DNA of 64,000 nucleotides from an uncultured delta proteobacterium (GCA_963699755.1 CAVOVB010000001.1:32001-96000), one strand, 5' to 3'. Positions 9,234-20,090 are shown, counted from the stretch's first letter. The notes: a model not told the origin generated them from the sequence alone. A program made the numbers and translations.

Positions 9234-9362
9234 CGGTTTGTCCTGGTGCCCCCCGGGGAGAGCACGCGAACCACAGTACGCGGCGCCTCAAAAAGACGCA
9301 TTCGCAAACGCTGCGGGAGGAGAGAATTCGGTGTGGTGAGGCGCGGTTCAGCGACCGGCTCA

Positions 9363-9395
9363 CAAGAACGGGGGCACCGGCAAACCGGCACCCCC
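9363..9395 (-). terminator. Probable intrinsic terminator hairpin
   Basis: GGGGGTGCCGG-TTTG-CCGGTGCCCCC then GTTCTT on the minus strand, ~30 nt after the stop at 9423. Confidence 0.5.
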
Positions 9396-9422
9396 CTTCC
9401 CGTTGAAGCCTCGGGCTTTGGG

Positions 9423-11567
9423 TTATTCGCAGTTCACCGAGAGGGTGGCCGCGAAATCGTAGAGCCGGCTGTCGATGAAGTCGCCGACGCCGCGTAGCTC
9501 CGCGCCGGACGTGCTCAGGACGACACCGCTCGTACACATGAAGGGCGCGCCTGTGTTCGATGCTGGGACAGGTGTGACCAGGCCGCCACCGACGTTGTTG
9601 GCGTTCTCGATGGCGGTGGTGGCCGTGGTCGTGGTGAATGGGAAACAGGTCGGCGGAAGAGTGCCCTGCGGGGTGTCATCCGCGGTGCAGGGCAGTCCGT
9701 CTGGCCCCCTTCCCTCCACCAAGCCGGTGCTCGGATTGATGAAGTTGATGTTGACGCCGTAGCCGATTTCCAAACGCGCTTGGCCGGCTGCCACCGGGCT
9801 GCCGTTTCCAAGTCTCTGACACTGACAGGCGCAGGCGCCTGCGTGGTTCAGCTCATCGCAGGTGTCGCCATCGAGGCAGCTGTTGGCGTCCACTGGGAGC
9901 TCGTCAGTGGTGCACATGGGCGTATCCGCCAGCCTGCAGAACCCTTCGCAGGCCGGTGAGTTGTCGAAGCGCGTTGCACCGAGAGTCGCGCAGTGGGCGT
10001 CACATTCGTCCCTGCAAGCTTGATTGTCGTTGCAGGTGCCGGCGGGCACGGGGATCGTGTGATTCATGATCAGCTCGATGTCTTGGTCGTTGCCGGCCTG
10101 GCAGTCGATGAGGCCGGCGGCGCAGTCCTCGGCCGCCATCGGGACGAGGCAGATGTCGCCGATGATGGGGATGAACATCGGGCCGACCGAGATGAACTCG
10201 GCGCCGCAGACGCGCTGTGCAGTGCCGTCTGGCGTGTAGGTGTCACAGATGATTTTCGCGGAACCGGTGAAGGGGAGCACGAGAGGATTGACGCCCAAGA
10301 GATTGAAGTTGTCATTGAAGAACAGTTGGGCATTGCTGCTCGGCGCGGAGAAGTTGCAGACGAGCTCGACCTCGCAGGCGCCGGTGTCCGGGTTGCAGAT
10401 CTCGTCGGCACCAGTGCACTTCGGAAGCGACACGCACCCGCCGGCGTCGCTGTCGCATCTCTCCACGGTACACGGGTCGCCGTCATCCTGGCACGTCGTG
10501 GGGGAAGACCCGCAACCGTGGATGGGGTCGCAGAGCTCGCCAGTCGTGCAAGGGTCGTCATCGCTGCAATCGGTGGGGGGATTCACACAGCCGCCGGCGA
10601 CTGGGTCAGGGTCACACTCGTCATCGGTGCAGATGTCACCGTCGCTACAATCGGTTGGGCCGGTGAGGATCGGGACGCAGCTTTCGTCGCAGGTCTCGAA
10701 CTGGTCGCAGGGGCTGACTGGATCGTGGCAGACTTCGTGCTCACAGGCGTAGTTGAAGCAGGTGTCCGACGTGCAGGGGTCGGCGTCATCGCAGGCTTCA
10801 TCGTTCAAGCAGCATCCCGGAATGGGCGCGTAGGTGCAGCCGCCTAGCGGATCGCAGAAGCCGCCGGTTTCGCATGGACCTGGTGGGTCGCAGACGACAG
10901 GAAGGTCGACGCACGCGCCGCTTGCCGGATCACAGCCCGTCTCTTCGCAGGCGTCATCGGGCGTGCAAACGGCAGCTCCGGTGGAAACGCACTCGTTGTT
11001 GGTGCATGCCTCGAAGGTGCAGAGGTCTGCGTCTGCACATTCTTCATCGCTCTCGCAGCAGTCTGGAATGGCGCTTAGCTCGCAGTCGCCGGCCCCGCTA
11101 CAGAAGCCCGAATCTAGCGTACATGCAGAGCCGTCCTGCGCGGTGCAGGGATCTCCAGGCAACGGAGCGCTCTCGCAACCGCCTGTTTCTGGGTTGCACG
11201 AATCGGCCGTGCACTGGTTGCCATCGTTGCAGTTGACGGCCGAATGCACGCAGTCGCCGCCGACGCACTCGTCGATGGTGCACGCGTTGCCGTCGTCGCA
11301 GGTCTCTTCGCACAAGGGCGCACAGGGACCGATGTAGTCGCCGTGTTTGAGGTGCGCCTTGATCGCGTTTCCGCTCACCTTGATGGTGTGGGCGTTGCCC
11401 GGATTGCCCGGCGGAATGTGGCAGATTTCGACTTTGCCCGCTGGCGCTGCGAGGGCTGGAGACACTGGCAGAGCGGTGACGGCGAGCAGCGCGAACGCGG
11501 ACAATCCCGCACAAGGTCGGATCCGCATCCGAAATGCGTACCCATCGGAGCTTTGGAAACTAGTCAT
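9423..11567 (-). CDS. Secreted cysteine-rich repeat protein
   Basis: Signal peptide; KVEICHIPPGNP...HLKHGDYIGPC module; many C-D-D-G-x-x-C-T-x-D-x-C repeats. Confidence 0.8.
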   Translation of the reverse strand: MTSFQSSDGYAFRMRIRPCAGLSAFALLAVTALPVSPALAAPAGKVEICHIPPGNPGNAHTIKVSGNAIKAHLKHGDYIGPCAPLCEETCDDGNACTIDECVGGDCVHSAVNCNDGNQCTADSCNPETGGCESAPLPGDPCTAQDGSACTLDSGFCSGAGDCELSAIPDCCESDEECADADLCTFEACTNNECVSTGAAVCTPDDACEETGCDPASGACVDLPVVCDPPGPCETGGFCDPLGGCTYAPIPGCCLNDEACDDADPCTSDTCFNYACEHEVCHDPVSPCDQFETCDESCVPILTGPTDCSDGDICTDDECDPDPVAGGCVNPPTDCSDDDPCTTGELCDPIHGCGSSPTTCQDDGDPCTVERCDSDAGGCVSLPKCTGADEICNPDTGACEVELVCNFSAPSSNAQLFFNDNFNLLGVNPLVLPFTGSAKIICDTYTPDGTAQRVCGAEFISVGPMFIPIIGDICLVPMAAEDCAAGLIDCQAGNDQDIELIMNHTIPVPAGTCNDNQACRDECDAHCATLGATRFDNSPACEGFCRLADTPMCTTDELPVDANSCLDGDTCDELNHAGACACQCQRLGNGSPVAAGQARLEIGYGVNINFINPSTGLVEGRGPDGLPCTADDTPQGTLPPTCFPFTTTTATTAIENANNVGGGLVTPVPASNTGAPFMCTSGVVLSTSGAELRGVGDFIDSRLYDFAATLSVNCE

Positions 11568-11777
11568 CGGTCACCCTCCATTGTTGGTCGCGCCGCATGG
11601 CGAGACGAATGTCCTCTGGTACCGACCGGGAGTATTTTTCTCTATACGTAATTTTTCGTAGCGTTGAGGTCCGAGAGGTGTGCGAAGTGACGAACACCAG
11701 TGTTTCGTCGTCGCATCGCGGTCTTGGTCGTGCGCGCAGCCGTAGCGGACGTGAACAATTACTTACGCACTTGAGGA

Positions 11778-11927
11778 CTAGCTGCGTAAGGGCCGTGCGC
11801 CTGGAGCAAGCACGCCTGGCTCGAGCTCGTCGAGGTGGAGCGCGCGGAGATAGGACTCGTCCAGGAAGGCAGCCCAGAAGATGTCGGTTGTGCAGGGGAG
11901 GACGGCCGATGCGGTGGAGCTTTTCAC
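11778..11927 (-). pseudogene. Truncated DUF2505-like gene
   Basis: GTG overlaps the upstream TGA (GTGA); VLPCTTDIFWAAFLDESYLRALHLDELE then degenerates. Confidence 0.45.
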
Positions 11928-12331
11928 GTGGGCGTTTCGCCAGCCTGCAAGAATGCCCGCCAAGGGTCCCAGTAGTACTTCCGCCAGCCTTGGTTCACGC
12001 CTTCGTAGTCGTCCTCTGGAACGCCGACATGCACAAGATCGATACGTCCGCCCGACGGTGCCTCCGAAAACGCGAGTATGAGGATTGCGTCGGGGTCGTC
12101 TGCCGCAAAGTTCGTCGAGCGCCAGGTCTGCACGACGAGGCGCCCCGGCACCGTCGCGACCATCCGCCCGGTTAGCGCGCCCGCAAACGCGGAAAACGCG
12201 GACCCGGGCTCGCGCGATACCGTCACTTCGCTCCCGGTGAACGCCGAGTGCTGCGCCGCATCGACGTACATCTCGAAGAGCGTTTCGGGAGAAGCCGGAA
12301 GCTCGACGCTCTGTTGAATATCCTTGCCCAT
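11924..12331 (-). CDS. SRPBCC/Aha1-like domain protein
   Basis: HSAFTG...LVVQTWR...GWRKYYWDPW. Confidence 0.85.
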   Translation of the reverse strand: MGKDIQQSVELPASPETLFEMYVDAAQHSAFTGSEVTVSREPGSAFSAFAGALTGRMVATVPGRLVVQTWRSTNFAADDPDAILILAFSEAPSGGRIDLVHVGVPEDDYEGVNQGWRKYYWDPWRAFLQAGETPT

Positions 12332-12354
12332 CAGATGGCCCTCGGGGGAATCGC

Positions 12355-12930
12355 TCACATCATGTTGCTACGACAGGTGCAGGACTGGTCGAGCTCGAAG
12401 TCGCAATTGCCGGCTGCGTCTGGGACCAGGCAGCAGAACAACCCCGAGCCGCATTCGCTATTGTCTTCGCAGTCCGCCCCCTCAAACTCGCCGACCTGGC
12501 CGCCCGACGAGTAGGTCGAGCAATCTTCAACACATTGATTCAAGCTCGGCCCACAGTTGGCCGCGTCGAGGCAACAGAACGCGCCCAAGCTCGACGCCTG
12601 TGGATCGCAGCCGTTGTTGCTCGTGCATGTCGCGCCGAGGTCACCGCCCTTGCAAGCATAGTACTCGACCTCCCCCTCGGTGCGATCCAGCTGGCATGTC
12701 TGCTCGGCAGGGCACCCGGATTCCGCATCGCAACTACCGCCGCAGTCGATGCCCGAACGCCTGCAGATCCCGATCGTTGCAAAATCGTTGTCGCATGAGC
12801 AAGCCGGAGGGCAGTCGCCGTCGTTGATGCACTCAAACGAGCCCGGTTCGCCTGATTTGCATGAAGGACCGGCAGCCAAAAGAACGGCGAATGCGAGCAT
12901 CGCCGCGCCCGCTGAAATTTGGAACTTCAT
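12355..12930 (-). CDS. Cys-rich putative lipoprotein
   Basis: Hydrophobic N-terminus ending GPSC; very Cys-rich; RBS GGGAGG. Confidence 0.65.
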   Translation of the reverse strand: MKFQISAGAAMLAFAVLLAAGPSCKSGEPGSFECINDGDCPPACSCDNDFATIGICRRSGIDCGGSCDAESGCPAEQTCQLDRTEGEVEYYACKGGDLGATCTSNNGCDPQASSLGAFCCLDAANCGPSLNQCVEDCSTYSSGGQVGEFEGADCEDNSECGSGLFCCLVPDAAGNCDFELDQSCTCRSNMM

Positions 12931-12970
12931 GATCCCTCCCTATCAAACGCCAGTCGAAAATGCCAGGGCG

Positions 12971-13327
12971 TTAGAAAATGTACCCCAGGTTGAGCTGGAT
13001 CTGATGGTAACCCGTTCGGAACGAGGCTGTCGTCGCGCTGTTGAGGCTGATGGAATAGTTCATGTCGAAATTGAACATCGCCAGATCGACGTTGATGCCG
13101 AATCGGGCGATGGCCTGATAGATGGTTAGGTTGTCGGCCTTGGGTTTGAGCCGGAGGGAGGGCTGCCCATCTCTTCGAACAATGATTTTCGTGTTGAAGT
13201 GATTCACGTAGCCGGCGTAGAGGAGAACTTGATGTCGAGCTTGGGCCGCTGCGCTGCGCTATACGGCGGCGCGCAGGTGCAGCGCTGAGAGCAGAATGAA
13301 GAGCGATAGGAAGAAGAGCTTCCTCAT
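12971..13327 (-). pseudogene. Outer-membrane beta-barrel pseudogene (in-frame TAG, probably deleted)
   Basis: MRKLFFLSLFILLSALHLRAAV*RSAAAQARHQVLLYAGYVNHF...YHQIQLNLGYIF; TAG at 13261-13259; C-terminal beta-signal. Confidence 0.55.
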
Positions 13328-13411
13328 GGTCGAGCTGCGAGGAGGTGTATCGGGAGGCCGTTGCAACCCGTAGCACGCACTTCGCTGCGGCCCCTAACGG
13401 AAAGACCGGGT

Positions 13412-14482
13412 CTAGCTCTCGTTCGCCGTTGCCAAGGCTTCCAGCTCACGGCGCGCGGCCTGGTGGCCTCGGCGTATGAAGTCGAGCCAGGAACTGCGGT
13501 CGATGAACTGCTCGTAGAGGCGGATGCCTTTGACTTCCTCGTAGGGGAGCGGATGGATCATCAGGCAGCGGTCTTGGATTCGGCGGAGCTGCATGCGAGC
13601 GGCTTCGAGGTGTTGGCACTGTTGGGTTTGCGGGCTGACGCGAAGGATGCTGAAGGTGGCCTGGTGCCAACCGCTGTGATCTTCGCCGCTGAAGTTCTCG
13701 GGATAGAAGGCGTTGACGCCGATGTAGAAGTCGATTTCGGGGTGGTTGTCGACGAGTGGGTCGACTGGAAAGACGTTGACCACGCCACCGTCGCCGCACT
13801 GGGCGCCGTCGACCTCGAAGGGGCGCATGAACAGCGGAAGGGTGACCGCTGCGCGAACGACTTGGTGCAAGGGCATCTCGGGGCGGGTGCGGGTGCCGAG
13901 GTAGAGCAGGCGGTTGTGGTCCATGTCCCAAATGTTGGCATAGAAGGGGATCGGCAAGGTGCCGACGGGGACTTGGCCGAGGCGCTCTTCGTAGAGTCGG
14001 CCGATTGGTTCCGTATTGAGCAAGCCCGTGAAGCCTCGACCGAGGGCGAAGGGCAACTTGAGTAACTGGCTCCAATCGGGATCGATGTAATCGCGCTGCC
14101 GAAAGCTCAGGAGGAAGGCGGCCGTCTGCTCGGCGTCGAGCCCGGCGGAGAGGGGAGCGAGGGTCATCGCCGAGCCCGAGCAGGTGGAGATGCCGCCCAG
14201 CTCGAGCCCAGCTTCCTCGAGCGCGCGCGCGACACCGACGGCGCAGACCATGGCGCCTCCGCCGCCTGTGGCGACGAGCCCTATTCGCTTACCTGCCAAG
14301 GCCGGAACGTGGAGTGGTGTGAAGGGGGGGAAAATGTCGCCGTCTACCGCGGGGGGGTCCTCGGGGAAGACGAGCAGACGGGCGGCGCGCAAAAATGAGC
14401 GATCGGCATCGAGGTCCATGACGTTGGCGACGCGATGGAAAAGGTGCTTCACGGGGAGTGGCGCGAGCAGACGGGCGAACAT
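13412..14482 (-). CDS. Patatin-like phospholipase
   Basis: TGGGGA glycine loop, TCSGSA nucleophile elbow, DGG. Confidence 0.85.
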   Translation of the reverse strand: MFARLLAPLPVKHLFHRVANVMDLDADRSFLRAARLLVFPEDPPAVDGDIFPPFTPLHVPALAGKRIGLVATGGGGAMVCAVGVARALEEAGLELGGISTCSGSAMTLAPLSAGLDAEQTAAFLLSFRQRDYIDPDWSQLLKLPFALGRGFTGLLNTEPIGRLYEERLGQVPVGTLPIPFYANIWDMDHNRLLYLGTRTRPEMPLHQVVRAAVTLPLFMRPFEVDGAQCGDGGVVNVFPVDPLVDNHPEIDFYIGVNAFYPENFSGEDHSGWHQATFSILRVSPQTQQCQHLEAARMQLRRIQDRCLMIHPLPYEEVKGIRLYEQFIDRSSWLDFIRRGHQAARRELEALATANES

Positions 14483-14628
14483 GAAGGAAGCGTGGGTCAG
14501 GCTTCGGTCGGAGTCGATTGGTAATTCTTTCGCTGGAGGTGTTTATGGGACCGTTGCCAGGGGACCCTCGCACTCGGTAGGCTCTTCTCTCAGCGCCTTG
14601 GCGCGCGTTCATCAACGGGAGACGAACC

Positions 14629-14906
14629 ATGTCGAGTATCCAGATCGTCGCGCTGGGGTGATTATCGGGCTCTGGATTGCCAACGTATTTCTGATCGTGG
14701 TCTTGGATCGATGGTGCAGCGAGATTACGGACACCATCGTCAGCGGCTGGATCATGCTGGGCAGGAGCGCGGCCTACGAGGAAGCGAGGTGGGTCGCATA
14801 TTTGTTTGCGTTCCCAAACGCGGTGGGGGGCGCAAGCTGGTTGCTCGCGTTTCCTCTCTACTACCGACATCTCTCCGAGGTGCTCCGGGAAAGCGAATCG
14901 GAGTGA
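14629..14906 (+). pseudogene. Small membrane protein, frameshifted near the 5' end
   Basis: RBS GGAGA and MSSIQIVALG*; hydrophobic VIIGLWIANVFL... continues in another frame from the GGGGTG run. Confidence 0.4.
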
Positions 14907-14934
14907 GCCGACGGCGCTAACCCAGTGGGCTCGA

Positions 14935-15348
14935 TCACGGCGTTGCGCCTTTGACTCGAAGGACTGGCATCAGGCCAAAGATGACCTGGCCCGCGAGGCC
15001 AACCATGCCGTGAGGGGTCGTGAGCGACTGGGTGAAGTCGTTCATCGTGCGACCGAAGAAGGCGAGCGAGAGGGCGAGCTCGGCGAGCATCAAGAGGGCG
15101 AAGGCGACGGCACCCATCGTTACGCGGGGCGGAATGCGAGGTGAGACCTCGAAACGGGCGATGAGCGTTGCGCAGACGAACCATGAGATGCCAAGCATGA
15201 TGGGGAGCTCGAGGAGCACTGCGGGAAGCTCGCCTACTTGAGGGACGAGAAGCAGAACGCGCACGGTGCCAAGTGCGAACCCCGCGGCGAACATGATGGC
15301 GAAGTAGGCGACGCCGGCTGCAACGGCTCGGGTGCGATGCTTGGTCAA
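14935..15348 (-). CDS. Four-TM hypothetical membrane protein
   Basis: AGVAYFAIMFAAGFALGTVRV...ELPIML; TTG start overlapping the upstream stop. Confidence 0.7.
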   Translation of the reverse strand: MTKHRTRAVAAGVAYFAIMFAAGFALGTVRVLLLVPQVGELPAVLLELPIMLGISWFVCATLIARFEVSPRIPPRVTMGAVAFALLMLAELALSLAFFGRTMNDFTQSLTTPHGMVGLAGQVIFGLMPVLRVKGATP

Positions 15349-16118
15349 CAGCCGAATCGTACTCGGGACGGGACCCAGATCCAGCCTTCGCGTTTGGCCA
15401 AATCCAAATCGTCGGGCTGAAGCACGTCGCCTGCGAGGAAGTCCAGACCTGCAACGGTGCACAGGACGGCGTCGAGCGCGTGGTCGCTTTGCGCCATGAG
15501 CTTGGCTGCGTCCTGGTCGAAGGAAAGCTCTTGGCAAACGGCCTCGACGAGCTGCTGCCGAAGCTCTGCGGACTCCGTGGTGCGCGCCTTGTAACCGGAG
15601 TGCGGTAGCTTGCGGGCTGCGAGGGTGCCGGCCGGGTAGACTTCGATGGCCGCAAAGCCTTCGATGGAGCCGGGCTGCCATGCGAGCGGAATGGGCTTGC
15701 CCAGGGTCTCGCGCAGCCGAGCAAGGAGCGAAAGAGCGGTGTGCGCAGTGCGGGCAATGCGGTCGGCGCCGACGTCGAGGGGCCGCTTGCCGAGGTGCTC
15801 CGCGACGACGTCGTCGGTTTTGCGGCGAAACAAGGTGTTGGTGCCGTCTGGGAGCGCGGCGCCTGCGCGATGGCGGTGCAAGGAGTCGGCCATGGGCGCA
15901 GGCCAGCCGAGGGGGGCGTCGAGCGCGAAGAGCGTTGGCTCGGTTGCCCATTGCGCGAGTCGCTCATCGATCGCCGGCCAGCTCTCGCCGACGAGGAGCT
16001 GGTCGATTCGGGGGCGACCTTCATGGACGACGCAGAGCGCGAGACCGACCTTTGTCGCCACGGTTGCGCAGTCGATGCCGATGACGCGCAACTCAGCGGC
16101 TTTGGCGCGGGCGTTCAT
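15345..16118 (-). CDS. DUF429 family (RNase H-like predicted nuclease)
   Basis: IGID, LDAPLGWP, RKTD, IEVYP, DHALDA. Confidence 0.8.
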   Translation of the reverse strand: MNARAKAAELRVIGIDCATVATKVGLALCVVHEGRPRIDQLLVGESWPAIDERLAQWATEPTLFALDAPLGWPAPMADSLHRHRAGAALPDGTNTLFRRKTDDVVAEHLGKRPLDVGADRIARTAHTALSLLARLRETLGKPIPLAWQPGSIEGFAAIEVYPAGTLAARKLPHSGYKARTTESAELRQQLVEAVCQELSFDQDAAKLMAQSDHALDAVLCTVAGLDFLAGDVLQPDDLDLAKREGWIWVPSRVRFGC

Positions 16119-16275
16119 GGGCGGAACCTAGCCGAGTGATGCGGCGATGTCAGGCGTGCCGGCGCGCGCGGCGCGATGGGCACGAGTGAACAAATACGTA
16201 TAGACGAGCTTTGCTTCGCGTGTTCTCGTTGGCGCAGACCCGCGGAGGAGATCCGCAACCAAGGAGGGTATAGCG

Positions 16276-16704
16276 ATGCCGACGATTGCGAATAGCGTTC
16301 ACATCGAGGCCCCTGTCGACAAGGTCTTTGCGTACGTCACCGACCCCATGAACGCGACCGAATGGTTCGTGGGCATGATGGGGGTGAACGACGTCACGGG
16401 GAAGGGCGTCGGAAAGCACTACCACTGGAAGTACAAGATGATTGGTGTTCCGCTTCACGGGGAAGGCACGATTACCGAGTATGTCCCCAACGAGCGGATG
16501 GTCGTCGAGAGCAAAGGCGGGGTGACGAGCAAAATCACCTACACCTTCGCATCGGATGCGGGCGGGACAACGCTGAATGCCGAAACCCAATACACCATTC
16601 CCGTTCCGGTGCTTGGGAAGCTAGCAGAGAAGCTCGTGCTCCAACGGAACCGACGAGAGTCCGAGATGTCGATGCAGAACATCAAGGAGCGGATGGAAGG
16701 CTAG
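16276..16704 (+). CDS. SRPBCC/polyketide-cyclase family protein
   Basis: IEAPVDKVFAYVTDP; RBS AGGAGG. Confidence 0.85.
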   Translation: MPTIANSVHIEAPVDKVFAYVTDPMNATEWFVGMMGVNDVTGKGVGKHYHWKYKMIGVPLHGEGTITEYVPNERMVVESKGGVTSKITYTFASDAGGTTLNAETQYTIPVPVLGKLAEKLVLQRNRRESEMSMQNIKERMEG

Positions 16705-16761
16705 GGGAGAAGGCCCGGACCGAGCGTCGGTTTGTGCTAGAGCAGGCCTCTGGTGCGTTCC

Positions 16762-17688
16762 ATGCAAGCGGTCATCTCCGTCGCCAAGCTCAACAAGACC
16801 TACGAGTCGGGGTTCAAAGCCCTGATCGACGTGGACCTCGACATTGAGCGTGGGGAGATCTTTGCGCTCTTGGGGCCGAACGGGGCGGGGAAGACGACGC
16901 TCATTAGTATCGTTTGCGGGATTGTGAATCCGAGCTCGGGAACGGTGCTGGTCGATGGGCACGATGTAGTGACCGAGTATCGGGCGACTCGGTCGATGAT
17001 TGGGTTGGTGCCGCAGGAGATTTCGACCGACTCCTTCGAGACGGTCTGGGCGACGGTGAGCTTTAGCCGGGGGCTTTTTGGAAAGGCACCAAGCCCCGAG
17101 CACATCGAGAAGCTTCTGAGGGAGCTTTCGCTTTGGGACAAGAAGGACTCGAAGATCATGGACCTGTCGGGGGGGATGAAGCGGCGGGTGATGATTGCGA
17201 AGGCGCTCTCGCACGAGCCGCTGATTTTGTTTCTCGACGAGCCAACGGCTGGGGTGGATGTCGAGCTGCGGCGGGACATGTGGGAGATGGTCCGGGGGCT
17301 TCGGGAGAGCGGGGTGACGATAATCTTGACGACGCATTACATCGAGGAAGCGGAGGAGATGGCCGATCGGATTGGGGTGATGAGCAAGGGCCGGGTCATC
17401 TTGGTCGAGGACAAGGAGACGCTCATGCACAAGCTCGGGGAGAAGCGGCTTACAGTGCACTTGCAGAGCCCGCTCGCGGGGATTCCGGAGGAGCTCCGTG
17501 GGCATCCGATCGAGCTTTCAGAGGATGGGACGGAGCTGATTTACACCTTTGATGCGCAGCACGAGGACACGGGAATTGCTGGGCTCTTGCGAACGCTGAA
17601 CCAGCACGGGATCGACTTCAAGGACCTTCAATCGAGCGAGCGCTCACTCGAGGAAATTTTCGTCAGCCTCGTGAACGAGGAGCGATGA
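16762..17688 (+). CDS. ABC-2 transporter ATP-binding protein (YadG-like)
   Basis: [25 protein letters not shown]. Confidence 0.92.
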   Translation: MQAVISVAKLNKTYESGFKALIDVDLDIERGEIFALLGPNGAGKTTLISIVCGIVNPSSGTVLVDGHDVVTEYRATRSMIGLVPQEISTDSFETVWATVSFSRGLFGKAPSPEHIEKLLRELSLWDKKDSKIMDLSGGMKRRVMIAKALSHEPLILFLDEPTAGVDVELRRDMWEMVRGLRESGVTIILTTHYIEEAEEMADRIGVMSKGRVILVEDKETLMHKLGEKRLTVHLQSPLAGIPEELRGHPIELSEDGTELIYTFDAQHEDTGIAGLLRTLNQHGIDFKDLQSSERSLEEIFVSLVNEER

Positions 17689-18446
17689 GCTTCTATTCGA
17701 TTCGGGCGATTTATCTGTTCGAGATGTCGCGCACGAGGCGAACACTGATGCAGAGCGTCGTCTCGCCGGTCTTGTCGACATCGCTCTATTTCGTGGTGTT
17801 CGGATCGGCGATTGGGTCGCGGATGGTGGAGATCGACGGGGTCAGCTACGGCGCATTCATCGTTCCGGGGCTGACGATGCTGTCGCTCCTGAACCAGAGC
17901 ATCTCGAACGCGTCCTTTGGCATCTACATGCCAAAGTTCTCCGGGACGATTTACGAGCTCCTGTCGGCGCCGGTGTCGTATGTGGAGATCCTCATGGGCT
18001 ACGTCGGGGCGGCCGCTACGAAGTCGGTGGTGCTCGGCTCTTTGATTCTGGTGACGGCGCGGCTTTTCGTGGAGTACGAGATCGCGCATCCGCTTTGGAT
18101 GGTGGGGTTCTTGCTGTTGACTGCGGTGACGTTCAGCCTGTTCGGATTCATTTTGGGCATTTGGGCGGACGGCTTCGAGAAGCTGCAGGTGGTTCCGATG
18201 ATGATCGTGACGCCGCTGACGTTCCTCGGGGGGAGCTTTTACTCGATCGACATGCTTCCGCCGTTTTGGCAGAAGGTGACACTGCTCAACCCGGTGGTGT
18301 ATTTGATCAGCGCTTTCCGGTGGAGCTTTTACGGGGTGGCCGACGTGAGCGTGGGCTTGAGCGCTGGGATGATTTTGCTGTTTTTGGCCGCGTGCCTGCT
18401 GCTCGTGCGCTGGATCTTCAAGACCGGGTATCGGCTTCGGGCTTGA
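17685..18446 (+). CDS. ABC-2 transporter permease (YadH-like)
   Basis: Six TM segments, [15 protein letters not shown] overlap. Confidence 0.9.
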   Translation: MSFYSIRAIYLFEMSRTRRTLMQSVVSPVLSTSLYFVVFGSAIGSRMVEIDGVSYGAFIVPGLTMLSLLNQSISNASFGIYMPKFSGTIYELLSAPVSYVEILMGYVGAAATKSVVLGSLILVTARLFVEYEIAHPLWMVGFLLLTAVTFSLFGFILGIWADGFEKLQVVPMMIVTPLTFLGGSFYSIDMLPPFWQKVTLLNPVVYLISAFRWSFYGVADVSVGLSAGMILLFLAACLLLVRWIFKTGYRLRA

Positions 18447-18484
18447 GTGGCGGACACGCCGAGCACGCACGAGCCGGACGGTCG

Positions 18485-18745
18485 CTAGCGAGAGAGGATC
18501 TCGTAGACCATGACGAAGGCGGCGCCGACGGCGACGGCGAGAAACCCGAAGCCGATGAACGATTTCGCGGAGCGGGGCTTGGGTTTGCCCGAGAGGTCGA
18601 GGAGGAGGAGCGCGCTGGCCAAGCTCAGCGCCATGATGCTGGTGGCGGTGAGCGAGCCGGACGAGAGCGAGCCAAAGCCGCCGACCAGAAGCATGAGGAC
18701 GCCGAGCCACATCACGGCTTTGCGGAATCGGTTGGCGTTCGACAC
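18485..18745 (-). CDS. Small three-TM hypothetical protein
   Basis: Three hydrophobic segments. Confidence 0.55.
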   Translation of the reverse strand: MSNANRFRKAVMWLGVLMLLVGGFGSLSSGSLTATSIMALSLASALLLLDLSGKPKPRSAKSFIGFGFLAVAVGAAFVMVYEILSR

Positions 18746-18767
18746 GGTGGGCCGAGACTAACGAACC

Positions 18768-18793
18768 TGGCAATAATTGACGATTTGTTGGCA
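18768..18793 (+). promoter_or_regulatory. Putative AraC tandem binding site upstream of alkB
   Basis: TGGCA at 18768 and 18789 (21-bp period) around an AT-rich core. Confidence 0.45.
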
Positions 18794-18872
18794 GGTCCTT
18801 CGGTGTTGGAACAGGCGAAACTCGGCCATGTTCAGAGCAGATTTTGAGGCTCTTCGCCCTGGAGGTTGTTTG

Positions 18873-20090
18873 ATGTCGCTACTGAACCCCGTGTTTTCGA
18901 CCGAGAACGTTCGCTACCGTGATGGGAAGCGCTATGCCTGGTTTGTGTCGCTTCTCGTGCCGGCCGTGCTCGGCTGTGGGCCGCTTTTCTATGCGCTCAC
19001 CGGCTCGGTGGCGTCGCTCTGGATCCCAGCGGCGGCGCTCTACGGCACCATCCCCCTCCTCGATCTGCTTCTCGGCGAAGACCGGAACAATCCCCCCGAA
19101 GAAGTGGTGCCTCTTCTCGAGGCGGATGCGTACTACCGCTGGGCGACCTATGCGCTGGTTCCCGTCCTCTGGCTCACGTTCTTTGCAAACGCGTACTTCG
19201 TCGGCACGCAGTCGCTTCCCTGGTACGGCGTCCTCGCGATGGCGCTCAATACGGGGGTCCTTGGCGGGTTCGCCATCAACCTCGGTCACGAGCTCGGCCA
19301 CAAAAAGTCCAAGCTCGAGCGGAACCTGGCGACCGCGGCGCTCTCGATGAGCGCATACGGGCACTTCGCCATCGAGCACAACCGGGGCCACCACCGGCAC
19401 GTCGCGACGCCCGAGGACTGCACCTCGTCCCGCATGGGCGAGACGCTCTACCGCTTTGCGGCACGCGAGCTTCCGGGTGCGTTTCGCCGAGCCTGGACCC
19501 TCGAAGCGGGGCGGCTCGAACGGCATGAGAGGCGCGTCTGGTCGCTCGAGAACGAGATCGTTCGGGCGGGGCTCATTACGCTTGGGGTTTCCGTGGCGCT
19601 CGTTGCGGCGCTCGGGGCCATCATGATTCCCTACCTGCTTGCCGCGTACTTCATTGGGGCGTTTCACCTGACGATGGCGAACTACATCGAGCACTACGGA
19701 ATCCTCCGGCAGAAGCGTGCGAACGGCTTGTATGAGCGCTGCCAGCCGCACCACTCCTGGAACAGCAACCACATCTGTTCGAACTGGGCGCTCTATCATC
19801 TGCAGCGTCATTCGGACCACCACGCCAACCCCGGGCGACGGTATCAATCGCTTCGCCACTTCGACGGAGTGCCGACCTTGCCGAACGGATACTTTGGGAT
19901 GTTCTTGCTTTCGCTGGTGCCCTCGCTTTGGTTCCGGGTGATGGATCCACTCCTGCTGGCGCATGCCGATCGGGACCCGGCGCGGATCAACTTCGACCCG
20001 AAGCGACGTGAAGCGCTCTGCGTGCGATACGGGCTCGAGGACCTGCGGCCCATGGAAGACGCTGCGGTGAGCAATCGCGTGGCCGCCTAA
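18873..20090 (+). CDS. alkB: Alkane 1-monooxygenase
   Basis: HELGH, EHNRGHH, NYIEHYG, LQRHSDHHA; RBS GGAGG. Confidence 0.93.
   Translation: MSLLNPVFSTENVRYRDGKRYAWFVSLLVPAVLGCGPLFYALTGSVASLWIPAAALYGTIPLLDLLLGEDRNNPPEEVVPLLEADAYYRWATYALVPVLWLTFFANAYFVGTQSLPWYGVLAMALNTGVLGGFAINLGHELGHKKSKLERNLATAALSMSAYGHFAIEHNRGHHRHVATPEDCTSSRMGETLYRFAARELPGAFRRAWTLEAGRLERHERRVWSLENEIVRAGLITLGVSVALVAALGAIMIPYLLAAYFIGAFHLTMANYIEHYGILRQKRANGLYERCQPHHSWNSNHICSNWALYHLQRHSDHHANPGRRYQSLRHFDGVPTLPNGYFGMFLLSLVPSLWFRVMDPLLLAHADRDPARINFDPKRREALCVRYGLEDLRPMEDAAVSNRVAA

Noticed and set aside
13259..13261. Pyrrolysine readthrough of the in-frame TAG
   Set aside because: No pyl genes in the window, TAG is used as a normal stop elsewhere, and the gene looks degraded
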